DNA of 60,819 nucleotides, filler included, from Porpidia crustulata (taxonomy: Eukaryota): the NCBI GenBank assembly GCA_964255105.1. It is 10 parts of 10 records of this genome, joined end to end, with 100 filler letters (N's around TTAATTAATTAA, not from the genome) between each part and the next. Parts side by side here need not be neighbours in the genome. Positions count along the whole stretch, not along the records: positions 36,616 to 42,606 come from CAXUWE010001660.1; positions 42,707 to 48,686 come from CAXUWE010001661.1; 8 more parts are not named here. One strand, given 5' to 3'. Under the pieces are notes generated by a model, which worked only from the letters and a program-made list of their open reading frames with translations, was not told the DNA's origin and did no database searches. The translations under genes were made by a program, and so were the position numbers. Each line of letters opens with the position of its first letter. Position 1 is the stretch's first letter. Positions 36,616 through 48,786 of the stretch are shown here, piece by piece.

Positions 36616-39378
36616 AAGGAAGAAGGAGTGGAGAATGAGGAGATCTAGAGTTGAAGATAAAGGCGCTGTGATACGTGAGGAGATTCCGCCATGAAAAAAA
36701 GTGAGAGAATAACATTGATTGTCAAACGAGTCGAGTAATTGTTACACTTCAAAGCCCCACAAAACGAGAAGATGACAAGAAGCTCGAGGACGATGTGATG
36801 ATGAAGTGTCATGCCTTACTTTTTCCCCTTGATAAGATCTTATATTGATGGTTTATATTGAACTTCGCTTTCAAGAGAAAATGCTCCTTGGGAAAAAGGG
36901 TTTAATTTAGCGAGTCCGCGACCAGAACCTGGTATTGAGGCATGGAGTATCTTGGAAGAATTGCTGTATTCCCAAAGGAGCATGCTGACAAGCAAAAGAT
37001 TTGGCTCAGGAGACCATTACGCGACAATGTGCTCAATTGGGGGGGGAACGCCTGAGACGTCAGTCGACAAGATCAAGATATTGATTTTGGGTTTGTCTCT
37101 GTGACTGAATAGCTCTACATCGATTTGTAATTGTTCGACTCCTGTCTGGTAGAGATGGCCTGTTATTTACGGGGCGGAGTTCAACGACACTGAAGCTGTC
37201 ATTGAATTGCAAAATCGTCGGGCTGAGATTGACCTGGCTAGCTTGATAAGAGGTTTGGTCAAAGGACTTGGGAATATCGAGTTTCTGCCGGTCGCGCGTT
37301 GTCTGCTTACAAACATCAGAGTGTCGTAAGAGGCACGAGGTCTTACTTCGTGCAGGTGGGTCGATCATTCACTGCCGGGGAAGAATATGCATCAGCGATT
37401 ATCGATCAGTTAAGAGTTCGAGACAGAAGAGTATAACGAAGACCGTTCCAAGGTCTCATTATCCTATAGGGAGGAGTACAGAAGTGGAGCATCTATCAAA
37501 AGGTCGTATGCTAGCATTAGATTTCTCGCTATGTAAAATTGATGGCTCCCAGCGTGCTCAATCATGGAGGCGGTGCAAGTCTTCGATATGGGTGGGGATG
37601 AGCGTAAAAATGTCGGGTGTCGGACCAACAGACTGAAGGTCTTGTGGATGAAGTATGATAGAAACTCTGATTCAATTTCAGTCACAACAATCGCAATACG
37701 CGTCTCGGAGTTTTGGTTGCGACTCTTTTAATCTCAGCATTTGTACCTAGACATCAGCCTCGACTGAGCAATGTGGTGGTATCTGTAGACGTATGCAAAA
37801 TTCTTTGATAAGTGAGCGTGGCTTTGCATCACTAACTACCGTCGTCTTGATCCTGGTTGTTAACACCAACACTCCGTCTTACGCGGCAAATAGCAAGATG
37901 CCACCAGAGGGAGTTTGAGACTGTGGAGCACAGTCGGAGCTTGTGACGTCTAAACCATGCGAGGCGAAAGGAAATATGGAAAATATAGCCATCGAAGACT
38001 GAAGAACATTCGAAATCTACTCAATTGACTGACAAACAAACAAGACGACTGGTGACGATGATGCAACGATAGGTATATCAATTCGGAATTTGGCTTTAGG
38101 AATGCAGGAGGATCTTGGAGTGTATAGAAATTGCAAAGATGAGTGGAGCGTCTCTAAGACGTTGACGAATATGCCTCTCCTTGACGTAGTCCACTGCCCA
38201 TCAATACCTTATCACACATTGAAAATATAGAAACCCTCTGTAGCCTCTGCAGATGCGCAGAATTGACTCGGTCGCAAAGAGGCTATTCAGCAGCGATCCA
38301 GAAGGTGGTATGGGTAGAGATGTTTAGTTAGATAGCCGAGGTTGAGGCTGTTAATCTCGGACACTGTTTGGTTTGGGTGTTCCTCAATCTTACATCTGTT
38401 CGAGCCTGATGGTCTGAGGCACAAGGAAGTACCTCCGTACTCCCGTCAGCATCATGAGTGTTGTCTATCCCTGGAGTAGGTAGCAGAGACAATTGCTTTT
38501 CCAAATCGCTGACCGGATCGTCGGTGCCAGTAGATGTCGGTGATTGCGTAACAGTTGGCATTATTGAAACTGAAACAAGCCACTCAGGAAGAAGAGCAGG
38601 GGACCGAAGCTATCGACCTCCGCGGTTCACCCATCCCCACTGTAAAGTGTTTATACCAGGATTTATATTCTTTTTCTTGTGGTTACCTTGCACCCTCGAC
38701 AGCAACATCATTTTTGGTGAGCTTCTACCGCTGATTGAAGCTTGCTTGCCGTACTTCGAGAAAACTGACAGGATTGCTATTCTGAGACGGATGGTCGCGA
38801 CTCGAGTAGTGTAGGGCGAAAGCGATCTTGACGGTGATGGCACAGCTTTCAATTTCCCCGCAACGAAGGTGGAACGGATGACTGGTTGCCCGTGCACGAG
38901 TAGTGTTGATAATTAAAGAGTTGATTTAGCTGAAGGTGTGGCCAGATGAGCCGAGTTTCTATCTAGCAGAGCAATTCAAAACATGGTTACTGGCTGTTTT
39001 GACGGCACGTTGATTGGATACGCACCTAGTTCAACCTCTCTCCCCCGCAAAAGACTAGAAAGTTAGTTCCCTCACGCTAAATGTTATAAAACGGCGAGTC
39101 GGTATTGTAAGATAAACTTCTTTAATTCTCCTATCTCGATTGTCAATTCTCAATCTGTGCCCTGCCTGACACTACTGTGACAACCATATTGCCTTGCCTA
39201 TAGACGGCGCGAGAGAGACTGCAAGTGGTCAGAATAGGGCAATGAGAATGGGTGCTTGAGCGACCGTTCACTGTGTTCTGTCTCATCCACTCAGTGTTGC
39301 TCCATCCTCAATGCATTGTCTCTTTAACCTATCCCTTAGTTTGTTACACTCCCCCAAGGTCATGATCGTCGCCTTGTA

Positions 39379-39489
39379 CCAGCTAAAGTAGCCCTGTCTC
39401 TACCCCGTAGTACCAGCCGCCAGCGGACTACCCCAGATTTGGCGTATGTCTAAGTCTGGGGTAGTGATGGGACTACGGGCTGTAGCTGG
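39379..39489. repeat. Nested inverted repeat / long hairpin upstream of alcS-like gene
   Basis: Three nested arm pairs: CCAGCTA (39379-85) with TAGCTGG (39483-89); CCCGTAGTACCA (39404-15) with TGGGACTACGGG (39468-79); ACTACCCCAGATTTGG (39427-42) with CTAAGTCTGGGGTAGT (39450-65). Confidence 0.85.
39431..39461. promoter_or_regulatory. Pair of inverted CreA/Mig1-type sites (SYGGRG)
   Basis: CCCCAG at 39431-36 and CTGGGG at 39456-61, about 600 bp upstream of a gene family known to be carbon-catabolite repressed. Motif match only. Confidence 0.35.
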
Positions 39490-40055
39490 ATCCCTCACCT
39501 TCGACAGCCTCCATTAACCCGGTAGATCGTACTTTGATGTTGTGAACCGTCGGCATTTGAATGCAAAACAGCCATCCTGCTAAATAATGTTGCTATAGCG
39601 AAGCTTGGCTAGCTTTTAGCTGCTTGCCTCAATTGGCCGCCAATCGACCATACACCTGCTTCGATCGAAGCCGTAAGCTTTTTTGGGACAAGATATTGGT
39701 CAAATTGTGCATGCGCTCGTCCCAAAAGACCTAGGACAACTGGGTAAGGTAGGGGGCATGAGGTACGCTGACGACGGGATGCGCCAGGCATGTACGCTGC
39801 AGATCGGTCTGGCCATTGCAGACTATTTAGTCACGATATACCCCATATAGCTGTTGGTGCAAGTAGAGACTCCTCAACATATTGCCCTCCTTTTTAAATC
39901 TCTCATACAGTCATACTGTTGTGGACAGCAGCCCATTTTCCCGTTGATGATTCATTTCTCATTCACTTCACACGTCTCATCCATCCAATTAGCTTTGATC
40001 TCGCTGCCCGAGGATTTCGTCTCATCTCCAAAAAAGTCAGAGCATCGGAATCAAA

Positions 40056-41267
40056 ATGTCCAACATGCACGGAGCCAACGACTCCCCTCCCCTCGAGAAG
40101 GACTTCCACCAAAACAATGGCAATGCCTATCACCTAGGCGAGAGTGAGACCTCGGAGAATGCTCTTCGTCGTATTCGTACAGCCGGTAGCATTTCCATAT
40201 CTCCTGAGCTATTCGAGAAACTGTACCTCTCGCCCGAGAACCGAGTTTCTGGTGATCTCCGAAAGACCTTTGGTAACCCGACCCCACTGTGAGTCCTAGG
40301 TCCATGACTTTCTTAAGTAGCTTACTTACTCTTTCAGTGCACTCGTGGGTTTCCTTATCAGCTTGACGCCTCTTTCTGCCGACTTGATGGGATGGAGGGG
40401 TGCTGGAGGCAGTGGAGCTGCCTCAACCGGTTTGTAGCAATTTTATGCGCTACTTGAGCATAGAGAGCTCACGCAATACAAAGGTGTCTTTTTCTTCTTC
40501 GGCGGTCTTTTGATGATCCTGGGTAGCATTGGAGAGTGGATCATTGGCAACACCTTTCCCTTTGTCGTCTTCGGAACTTTTGGTATGTGCCGTGGATTGT
40601 ATTTGCTGTGTCTATAGTGCTGCAGCTAATTGCGGTGTCTAGGTTCTTTTTGGGCTACATTCGGAGCCACTCTCGTCCCCTGGTTCAACTCTTATGGTGC
40701 CTATGCTCCACCACACGCCGCGAATGCAGCCACACAAGCAGGCAACCCAGGCAACCCTCTCGGTCTCATGTCGCCAACTTTCAACTCAAGCTTCGCCTTC
40801 TTCCAGGTGTTCATGGGTAAGTCAAACGGCCCCGAATTTGGAAGCTTTGACTAATAAGTCCCAGGTGTCGTCTGCTTTGTCTTCCTCATCTGCTCACTCC
40901 GCACAAACATCGTTTTCTTCACCATATTCCTGAGCCTAGTTCTTGCGTTTGGCTGCCTCGCAGGCGCGTACTTCAATTTGGCCTTGGCCTACGAGAATCC
41001 AGCAAACGTAGCCGCTGCTGCAAAGGCCGCGAAATTAACTGTGGTGAGTACTTGCTTTGTAAGAGTTCTACGAATCGATTCACTAAAGAATTTTACCAGG
41101 CGGGAGGAGCGTGTACCTTTGTCACCTGTTTGGCCGGATGGTGGATCTTCTGCGCCATCATGCTGGCGTCCCTCGATTTCCCCATTTCCATTCCCGTCGG
41201 CGACCTTTCTCACATCATCAAAGGTGCCAGCCAGAAGAAGAAGAATGTTACCGCCCCGGAGGTATAG
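40056..41267 (+). CDS. GPR1/FUN34/YaaH (Ato/Ady2) family transporter, AlcS-like; 6 exons
   Basis: [65 protein letters not shown] and [12 protein letters not shown]. Five short GT-AG introns. Confidence 0.92.
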
Positions 41268-42508
41268 GTATGGACGTAGGTTGAGGCGTGGTGAAGTCTG
41301 AAGACGGTCCCAGATTTGATACTTTTCTTTCCACATGGACATATTACCGGCATGCATAATCCCATCTTGTTACATAGTCTAGTGAGATAATTGCAATTCA
41401 ACATCTTCTTACTCTCATATCTCTAGTCCCATCATTTCGTGATCCCACATCGTCGTGAGCCGACATCGATGTTGCTTCACCTTGACGGCCCCGTGCTAGC
41501 AAGATCACGCACAAAATCCTACAACCACGACATCAGAACTTCTTGAATTTGTTGTCCTTACCAAGCTCTCTTACCTCTAACAATGCAACGGTCTACAATA
41601 TCAGCCAGGTTATACTAGTACTAATGAAGATAACAGCACCGTCACCGTCCTAACGTTCCGCCACATGGGGCTGAAGGCGCTAGCAGATTTTTCTTTTACC
41701 TCCAAGATAACCTTCCAGTGCAATAACAACATTAACGTCAATATCTGCTATTCCAATAAGAAGAGTCATTGAGCAACGATCTATTTGCTAAGCTACCAAT
41801 CATCGATCGTGATCAACTCCTTCCATGAGTCAGAATACTCGCAACGCGAGACACATCCAACCTTCCATGCATACGGACTCAAGAAGCGCAAGACACATCA
41901 CGTCGTGCGACCAAAGACGATCTAATCAGAATCAACCATCCGTCTATTTTCAGTCACACCCAGCTGCACCTTCTATTCGAACACACATGCACAACCCACA
42001 TGATAGCGTCAGCGCACCCCTCCACACCCCATCACAACATCCAGTCCCTCTTTTCATGGCACGAACTTGCAGAACAACCCCGAGTTCTGCTGCATGCCAA
42101 CCAAACATGTTCGAAATCACAACTCAACAAGAAAACCCATTCGTTCGCCTATGTGCCCGCCCTGCGGCAACAGGCATTTCTTTTTCTAACGGGATACCGC
42201 CCCCAACCTATCCGCGAAAAGCCCGACTTGGATATTTCACACATCCATCTTCATCGAGCGGCGTTCCTCTTCGCGGGGTCGATAGCAGAAATGATCATGA
42301 ACGGCGTGAAAGGTGAGTTTGCCTGACCCGTGAATCTCTTTATAATGATTGCTACCTTGCGCGTGCTTCGAGTTGCCTGGATATATGAGCTTCATTGTTG
42401 CTAAAACCGCGGTCTTCATCAAAAGCGGTGTGATTCAGCGTGTTTCACAGCTTCCTTTTCCTCTTTTTCTTACTCCAGAAACCCGAATCTCAATCTAGTT
42501 CTCTAAAC

Positions 42509-42606
42509 ATGCATTTCCGCACGCTCTACACAACATTCCTAACCTTCCTGTCCATCCCACACCTAATTAACGCCTCTCCCCCTCTCATCCGTCTCCCCTC
42601 CAATAC
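42509..42606 (+). CDS. Signal-peptide-like start of a secreted protein (truncated)
   Basis: AACATG then MHFRTLYTTFLTFLSIPHLINASP; runs off the contig. Confidence 0.4.
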
Positions 42607-42706
42607 NNNNNNNNNNNNNNNNNNNNNNNNNNNNNNNNNNNNNNNNNNNNTTAATTAATTAANNNNNNNNNNNNNNNNNNNNNNNNNNNNNNNNNNNNNN
42701 NNNNNN
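42607..42706. other. Artificial contig-joining linker
   Basis: N44-TTAATTAATTAA-N44. Confidence 0.98.
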
Positions 42707-43575
42707 AGCGGTAGACGAGATACATGAGAAAAAGACACGCGGTGGAGCTGTTGGACATGGAAATTTTTTCGCTGCTGCATTCAGGAGGGAATTCTCTTTT
42801 CCGAGTGTTCAGTCCTACTTCCGGGTGGATTTGGTTTCTTTTGCTTTGATTTCCTTCATTTTTTTTGTTCGGTTTTCTCTCGTCGTTGATGAGTTTTTCC
42901 TCTTTCTCCCTATCCTAACGTCCCGCACAGACACACTATTATAATGACATGCCCCAACGATGAACGATAAGGACAATCATGGAAGAAATATCCCAAATAA
43001 GAAAAACAAAGATGAAACAAGGGGCAAATTCATGAGCACGCTATCGCGCCTAACTCCCGGGGATGAATTTCATCTTTTTTCATTAGCTGTCATGTTTCCA
43101 TCATTTCAGGATTTTTCACGTCACATCTCTTTCACCATAGCGGGAGGAAGGCGCGAGAAACCCACGCGGATAGGTAGAAGGGATTAGGTGCGTTTTCTTG
43201 CGGATTCTGTTTCGTTGGGCTTACTTTTGGGAGGGGGGTTTTGGATTCGTTCATATCTGTTTTGTATGGATAGATAGATGACGGTTTCTGTGACGCGGCT
43301 CAACGTACTCTGATCGTCTCCCGTTCAGTCAAAGCTCGCTAAGATGTACAGCGATTCATTCGATTCCTCTCTACCTTGGTTAGCTAGCTCAGCAATACTC
43401 CTGTTAGACTCCTTCGTCATTGATATTCCCAGCAAATGTCCCACCATGTCGAGCTAGAGAGCAAGACGTCCTTTTCGTACACCCAAGCAACTCTGACAAA
43501 ACTCCGTCTAAAATGCTTCTTCATATGTCGCTCAGCATGAATGAATTCCTAGTCCGGTTCCACCACACACGTCTC

Positions 43576-44454
43576 TCATCCGTAGAACCAATATTGCGCG
43601 GCGTACTGTTCCACAAAAGCTTCTGGTTGACCCGAACAGCTTGCTGGTGCCTTGCCTCCGGCGGTCTCGACTCGGTATCCTTCGTGAAAGTTCGTGCTTC
43701 CCCCGGCATCAGATAAAGCTAACCAATCCACAGCGCCATTGCCCTGGTTGTTAGGTCCCTCGCTCGCAGTTGCCGGTGCAGAAATATTGGCGGCTTTTTT
43801 CCCTTTCAACAACCCAATAGCGCCAAGATCAAAGGTCGGTACCCCGGCGCTGTCGAAATAGTGGCGGCCGATGCTTGGAATGGAAGAATTTTCAATTGTG
43901 GCAAAGTCAAAAGAGACGAGGTAGCTTGGGAGGAGATTGAGAATCTGCATGCCTTCACTTGGCGGGAGAAGAGGCAGAAGTACGGACGCATCGAGGAGGT
44001 CTGCTATCGCACCAATGAGGACTGGAGGTCCAGCAGAGCCTGGGGCGCAGGTGTAGTTTTGAGTCCCGCGACCAAGAGTAATAGCTTTGACTTGGAGACC
44101 TGGCGTTGGCGAAGGGAGGGCAGAAGCACCTAATTTGGGGGTCAGCAAGTAGTTCCATGTGCACCTTGATTATATTCCTCTAGATGTGCGCAATGTGGCT
44201 GGCTTGGGCATTCAAAAATGACGGGCGCATGCTGATGAACTTTTTCAATTGTAGGATGAACTAGAATCTCGGCAAAAGAACGATAGTCGCTTACCGTTAT
44301 CAAGAGGCACGGTGTAGCTTGAAAGGTCCACCTCCCCAGCACGGGTTCCGACTGGTCGTCCTGGGCGTGGGGAATGTCGAGCTTCGGAAGATGAGACCAA
44401 GGCGAGCAATAACACCATCAAAGTGGCAAACATGGATACTTGGAACGACAACAT
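43576..44454 (-). CDS. Secreted DUF3455 family protein; exons 44454-44295 and 44129-43576
   Basis: Signal peptide MFATLMVLLLALVSSSEA and motifs GRGTQNYTC, GRHYFD..GVPTFDL, GAVDWL.L, YRVETAGGKAPASC, YAAQYWFYG. GTAAGC..TAG intron. Confidence 0.85.
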
Positions 44455-45946
44455 TTCGATTAATTCGAATCATCAAAAAATGTATGCTTAGAGAGAGACT
44501 CGGGTCGGTCCAAGTAGGGGAGAAGAATCGGCAAAGGAAGGACTGGCGATAGGGCCACGTCGTAGAGGAATAAAAGGGCAGGCAGAATGTGTTGAAGAAT
44601 TTGTGCTGTGTAGGTTGTTTCTCGAATGGGGCAAATCTTTCAGTGAATCTTCACACGTGCCGCGATTGAGACTAAAGAAAGCCTAATGCAGGAGGAGCGT
44701 TTCTGTTTCTGGCGGTCGCTTAAGAGGAATGGAAGAGGAGAACAATTGGGGGCCCAAAGATGAGATGAAATGGATGTACTCTAGATGGAAAGATGGACGA
44801 TGGTATCAAAATTCAAGGTTGGGTACAGATGTTTCTCGGGGTATGAGACTACCTTAGGTACGTCCAACGTACTACCTACCTACCTGCACTTTCCTACGCA
44901 AGATTACTTGAAACCGACGGCCACGTACAGCAGTTCGGTCGGTGTTAGATGGGTAATGATTAGCTACCTACACATTTGGCGGATGGTGTGCGCGTCGGCA
45001 TAATTGCAGTTATTCTAAGCTGCATGACCCTCTTTAGGACTCTGGGTGGCGGCGGTGGTGGTACAACGTGGAGTGCGTGGCCGATATATCCCATATCCGT
45101 CTGTCAATCTTTAAGGTTATCAATGGCAGTGTGACAGGCAAGACAGGATAGGTCATGGCCAGTTGAAGGACGCCAACACAAGCCAAAGAGCATTGCATAA
45201 GCCATGCATAAGGTATTGATGCAGCTTTTTGGTATGCACCTCAAGGTGTACCTCAAGATAGACATTGGACACATTTGTGTGGCTGGATCAAGTGGGGGAG
45301 TGACAGGCCTGGATGCTGTAAAAGGTCACAGGATTCGGACGAGGAAGGAAGGCGGATGAGAACTGGTGGTGAACTGTAGTTCGTAGTGTCTGCATGCGTG
45401 GAAGCGACACCAAGAGATCTTCTGTCGTTTTACTTCGTCAACGAGGCGCGGCCCGGAGATCATAAAAGTCGAAAGTCAGAAGTCAATTATCTACCTATGA
45501 ATGTCAAAATCCCTGCTGAAACGCTGGCCCGTTCCACTCCGCGCTTAGAGCAGCCACCAAGTTTCGGCGATTCGCCAAACACGTCCATCCATAAGCACAG
45601 TCCACGACGCCGACAAACCAAGAGCCTCCGAACAAACTCCACTGTTCGGAGGTGCCTTCAAGCCTTCTATTCTCAGCCTACCGAGTCGCGTGGTCAAGCT
45701 GGTCCTAATTCCATTTCATTGTACCTATGTGCTTTGACTGGCATCACACTAATCCAGTGGTATTTCGCAACCTCTCTCCAGGTGACTTTGTTAAAACAAT
45801 ATAGTGTGAACGTAAGCCAGGAGAAGATTCAGTCCATACGCCATACTCATCCCGTTATGCATTGTTGGAACATACCCCGAACCCACAATAAATGCACATA
45901 AGAGACCAAGTCCGTCTCCCTCGGAAAATCCGTTGGTAAGGAAGGT

Positions 45947-46765
45947 CTAATCCTCATCCAAGTCCTTACCTTGCTGCCATGCGCGCTTCCAAGGGCCATC
46001 CTGACCAAACACAGCTTTCTGGTCTCGCCGCATTCCGTCCAGCACTTCTCCTAATCCACCGTGTCGCAGACGCGCAAGCACAACGTTCATGCCGTCCTTG
46101 CTCTTGATCAGCGCATCTCGTGTTCTACGCATGCCGATGATTTCGATGCTGCGCTGGAGGGAAGACGTTGACCATGAGGCAAAAAAACCCTTCTTCTCTG
46201 GAACTTCTTCCTCTGTAATTGCTGAGGGAGTGGAGTTCGCCGCCCCCGCCACATACCTACTCTGCGCTCTTTTTGTTTTTGCTTGGCCAAATCTTGATTT
46301 GAAGGTGACCTCAGTGGTCACATCGGTCGACTCGTTCTTAGTGCACTCAATTAGGTCATCCGTGCCTGATATGTGACCAACATGACTGGGGTGTGGTCGC
46401 CGATATGATTGCTTCTCGATTACGCTCAATATGCCCGTCCATTCTAGATTCCTCGTTTCTGTTGTCATCCATCCCTCCTTAGCATCGACTACACTCTTCT
46501 CGAGTATGAAGCTCTGCCCAGTGTCGCTGCTTGAACCCAGTATTCCTTTCGGCAGTAATTTCAAGACCGCTGGAGGTAGCTTTGATCGTTTGAGATGTAG
46601 TCGCGTAGTGCTCAGCCTTTGGGTTTTGGTATCGAAATGACGGTCGATGACATCGGTAGAGAGCACGTGCGTTGCGTAGGGATTTGGGTAGCGCAGGAAG
46701 TATGCAAGACTCACGGCAGGAAAAGGATAGTCATAGCTAAATGAGCTTTCAAAGAACTTGACCAT
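45947..46765 (-). CDS. UPS1: PRELI/MSF1 family mitochondrial lipid transfer protein, Ups1-like
   Basis: MVKFFESSFSYDYPFPAVSLAYFLRYPNPYATHVLSTDVIDR, FILEKSVVD and TRNLEWTGILSVIE. Confidence 0.88.
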   Translation of the reverse strand: MVKFFESSFSYDYPFPAVSLAYFLRYPNPYATHVLSTDVIDRHFDTKTQRLSTTRLHLKRSKLPPAVLKLLPKGILGSSSDTGQSFILEKSVVDAKEGWMTTETRNLEWTGILSVIEKQSYRRPHPSHVGHISGTDDLIECTKNESTDVTTEVTFKSRFGQAKTKRAQSRYVAGAANSTPSAITEEEVPEKKGFFASWSTSSLQRSIEIIGMRRTRDALIKSKDGMNVVLARLRHGGLGEVLDGMRRDQKAVFGQDGPWKRAWQQGKDLDED

Positions 46766-47200
46766 AGTCAGAGTGATTAACGATTATAGATTGCATGTGG
46801 TCGTTGTCGACAGCCAGCGTACTTGTTGCCAACGTCGACCCTTCTTAGCTCATTCGTAGTTTCCTGAGGCAGAAGCCAAGGGGAAAGTTTTAGCGTGATA
46901 CGCTAGTGATATATCCGTATTATTACTAGCACGATTCGGTAATTTTGATATTGGAGGCATTCAGAGACCCAACGAGTCAACAATCGGAAGTTTTAATTCA
47001 GCTTACTTCCATAGACTTTTAAAATCTAGTGATAAACTTCTTGGGTTCAAAAAATTGACTTCTCGACTTTGAGAACTCAATTCTCCAATGTCTGGCTGTT
47101 ACTAAAGAAGATAGGTCATTGAAAAACATTGCTGCTGCACAGTAGCTCCTTAGTGCAAAATCAAAGAGCATCAACTAAATCTCGTGAGGAGAGAATAAGA

Positions 47201-48686
47201 ATGGCAGCGGTGTCTACAATCCCAGATGAGCTGGGCCAACCACCAGCATTGACTGCTCTAGCGCTTGCCGAAAAGTCCCAAGAAGCAGCAACAACGGAAC
47301 AAATCATAACTCCCTTTGACGTATCCGGGGGTGTGGACGAGCACGGCAAAGCAAAAGCTATAGACTATGACAAACTTATAGATACCTTTGGGTCTCAAAG
47401 AATTGATAAAGCGCTCCTCGAACGTTTCGAAAAAGTTACTAGCCACAAACCTCACCGCTTGATGCGCCGAGGGATGGTGTTCAGCCATCGTGATTTGAAC
47501 ATTATATTGGACAATTACGAAAAGGGGATACCATTTTTCTTATATACGGGAAGAGGTCCTAGTAGCGATAGTATGCATGTAGGGCATTCGATACCGTTTG
47601 AGTTTACCAAGTAAGTTATTCTCCAAATTCTCGAGATCTTGTCCTTTGAAGATGTCTTCGAAATTCGTGTATATCTTTGATAATTCTATCTTATCTAAGA
47701 TTTTCCTTGTGGTTGATTATTGCAAACTGAAGACTTCCCTCTGATTCTCAATTCTCCTTGCCTACTAATCTACGGACCCTCAAAATGCTCGTACTTTTAT
47801 GATAAACTCTGCTCCATGACATACTAAACGAACTAGATATCTACAAGACGTCTTCGATGTCCCTCTAGTCATAATGCTAACAGACGACGAAAAATTCTTC
47901 CACACCCCAAAACTCACCCTAAAAGAGGCCCATCGCTTCGCCATGCAAAACGCTCTCGACATCATTGCCATCGGCTTCGATGTGAAGAAGACTTTCATCT
48001 TCGCCGACACTCAATTTGTCGACAGCGGTTTTGCCGCGGCCTTTAATTCCAATGTCCGAGAAATGGGCAAGCGCACCACAAACAACCAGATCAAAGGCAC
48101 ATTTGGCTTCAACGACAGCAACAACATCGCCGAATTTGCCTTTCCCGCCATGCAATCCGCCACCGCCTTCGCCACCAGCTTCCCCTTTATCTTCGGCTCA
48201 GACCCGAAGAAAGTCGCCAAGATCCCCTGTCTGATCCCCTGTGCGATCGATCAAGACCCCTATTTCCGCCAATGCCGCGACAACGCCCCGCGCATCGGAT
48301 ACATCAAACCCGCCATCATCCACACCGTCTTCCTGCCCTCCCTCAAAGGCTCCGAGAGCAAAATGTCCGCCAGCGACGCTGACTCCAGCATCTTCCTCAG
48401 CGACACCGACAACCAGATCAAGAAGAAAATCGGCAAGGCCTGCTCCGGCGGCCAGGACACTATCGAGCGCCACCGCGAGCTCGGCGGCCGCACCGCCGTC
48501 GACGTCCCCTTCCAGTACCTGACCTTCTTCCTCGAGGATGACGACGAGCTCGAGCGGCTCCGGGCCGCGTACGAGTCGGGCGAGCTGGCGAGCGGGGAGA
48601 TGAAGGCGGCGTGCGTGCGGGAGCTGCAGGCGTACGTGCGCGCATTCCGGGAGAGGCGGAAGGGCGCGAGCGAGGAGGTGAGGGAG
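47201..48686 (+). CDS. WRS1: Cytosolic tryptophanyl-tRNA synthetase (3' truncated); intron 47611-47836
   Basis: FSHRD, YTGRGPSSDSMHVGH (HIGH-like), LTDDEKF, PCAIDQDPYFR and KMSAS. Confidence 0.95.
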
Positions 48687-48786
48687 NNNNNNNNNNNNNN
48701 NNNNNNNNNNNNNNNNNNNNNNNNNNNNNNTTAATTAATTAANNNNNNNNNNNNNNNNNNNNNNNNNNNNNNNNNNNNNNNNNNNN
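48687..48786. other. Artificial contig-joining linker
   Basis: N44-TTAATTAATTAA-N44. Confidence 0.98.

Noticed and set aside
38100..38561. Minus-strand ORF MPTVTQSPT... with a downstream chromodomain-like patch (LFATESILRICRG)
   Set aside because: I could not build a consistent spliced frame, and the resemblance is too weak.
47611..47836. Relatively long TrpRS intron as a snoRNA host
   Set aside because: Only degenerate box C-like words, with no terminal stem or recognisable rRNA guide.
4364..48686. Two aminoacyl-tRNA synthetases plus a PLP enzyme and transporters as a biosynthetic or resistance cluster
   Set aside because: They lie on different, artificially joined contigs, and no PKS, NRPS or other backbone gene is present.
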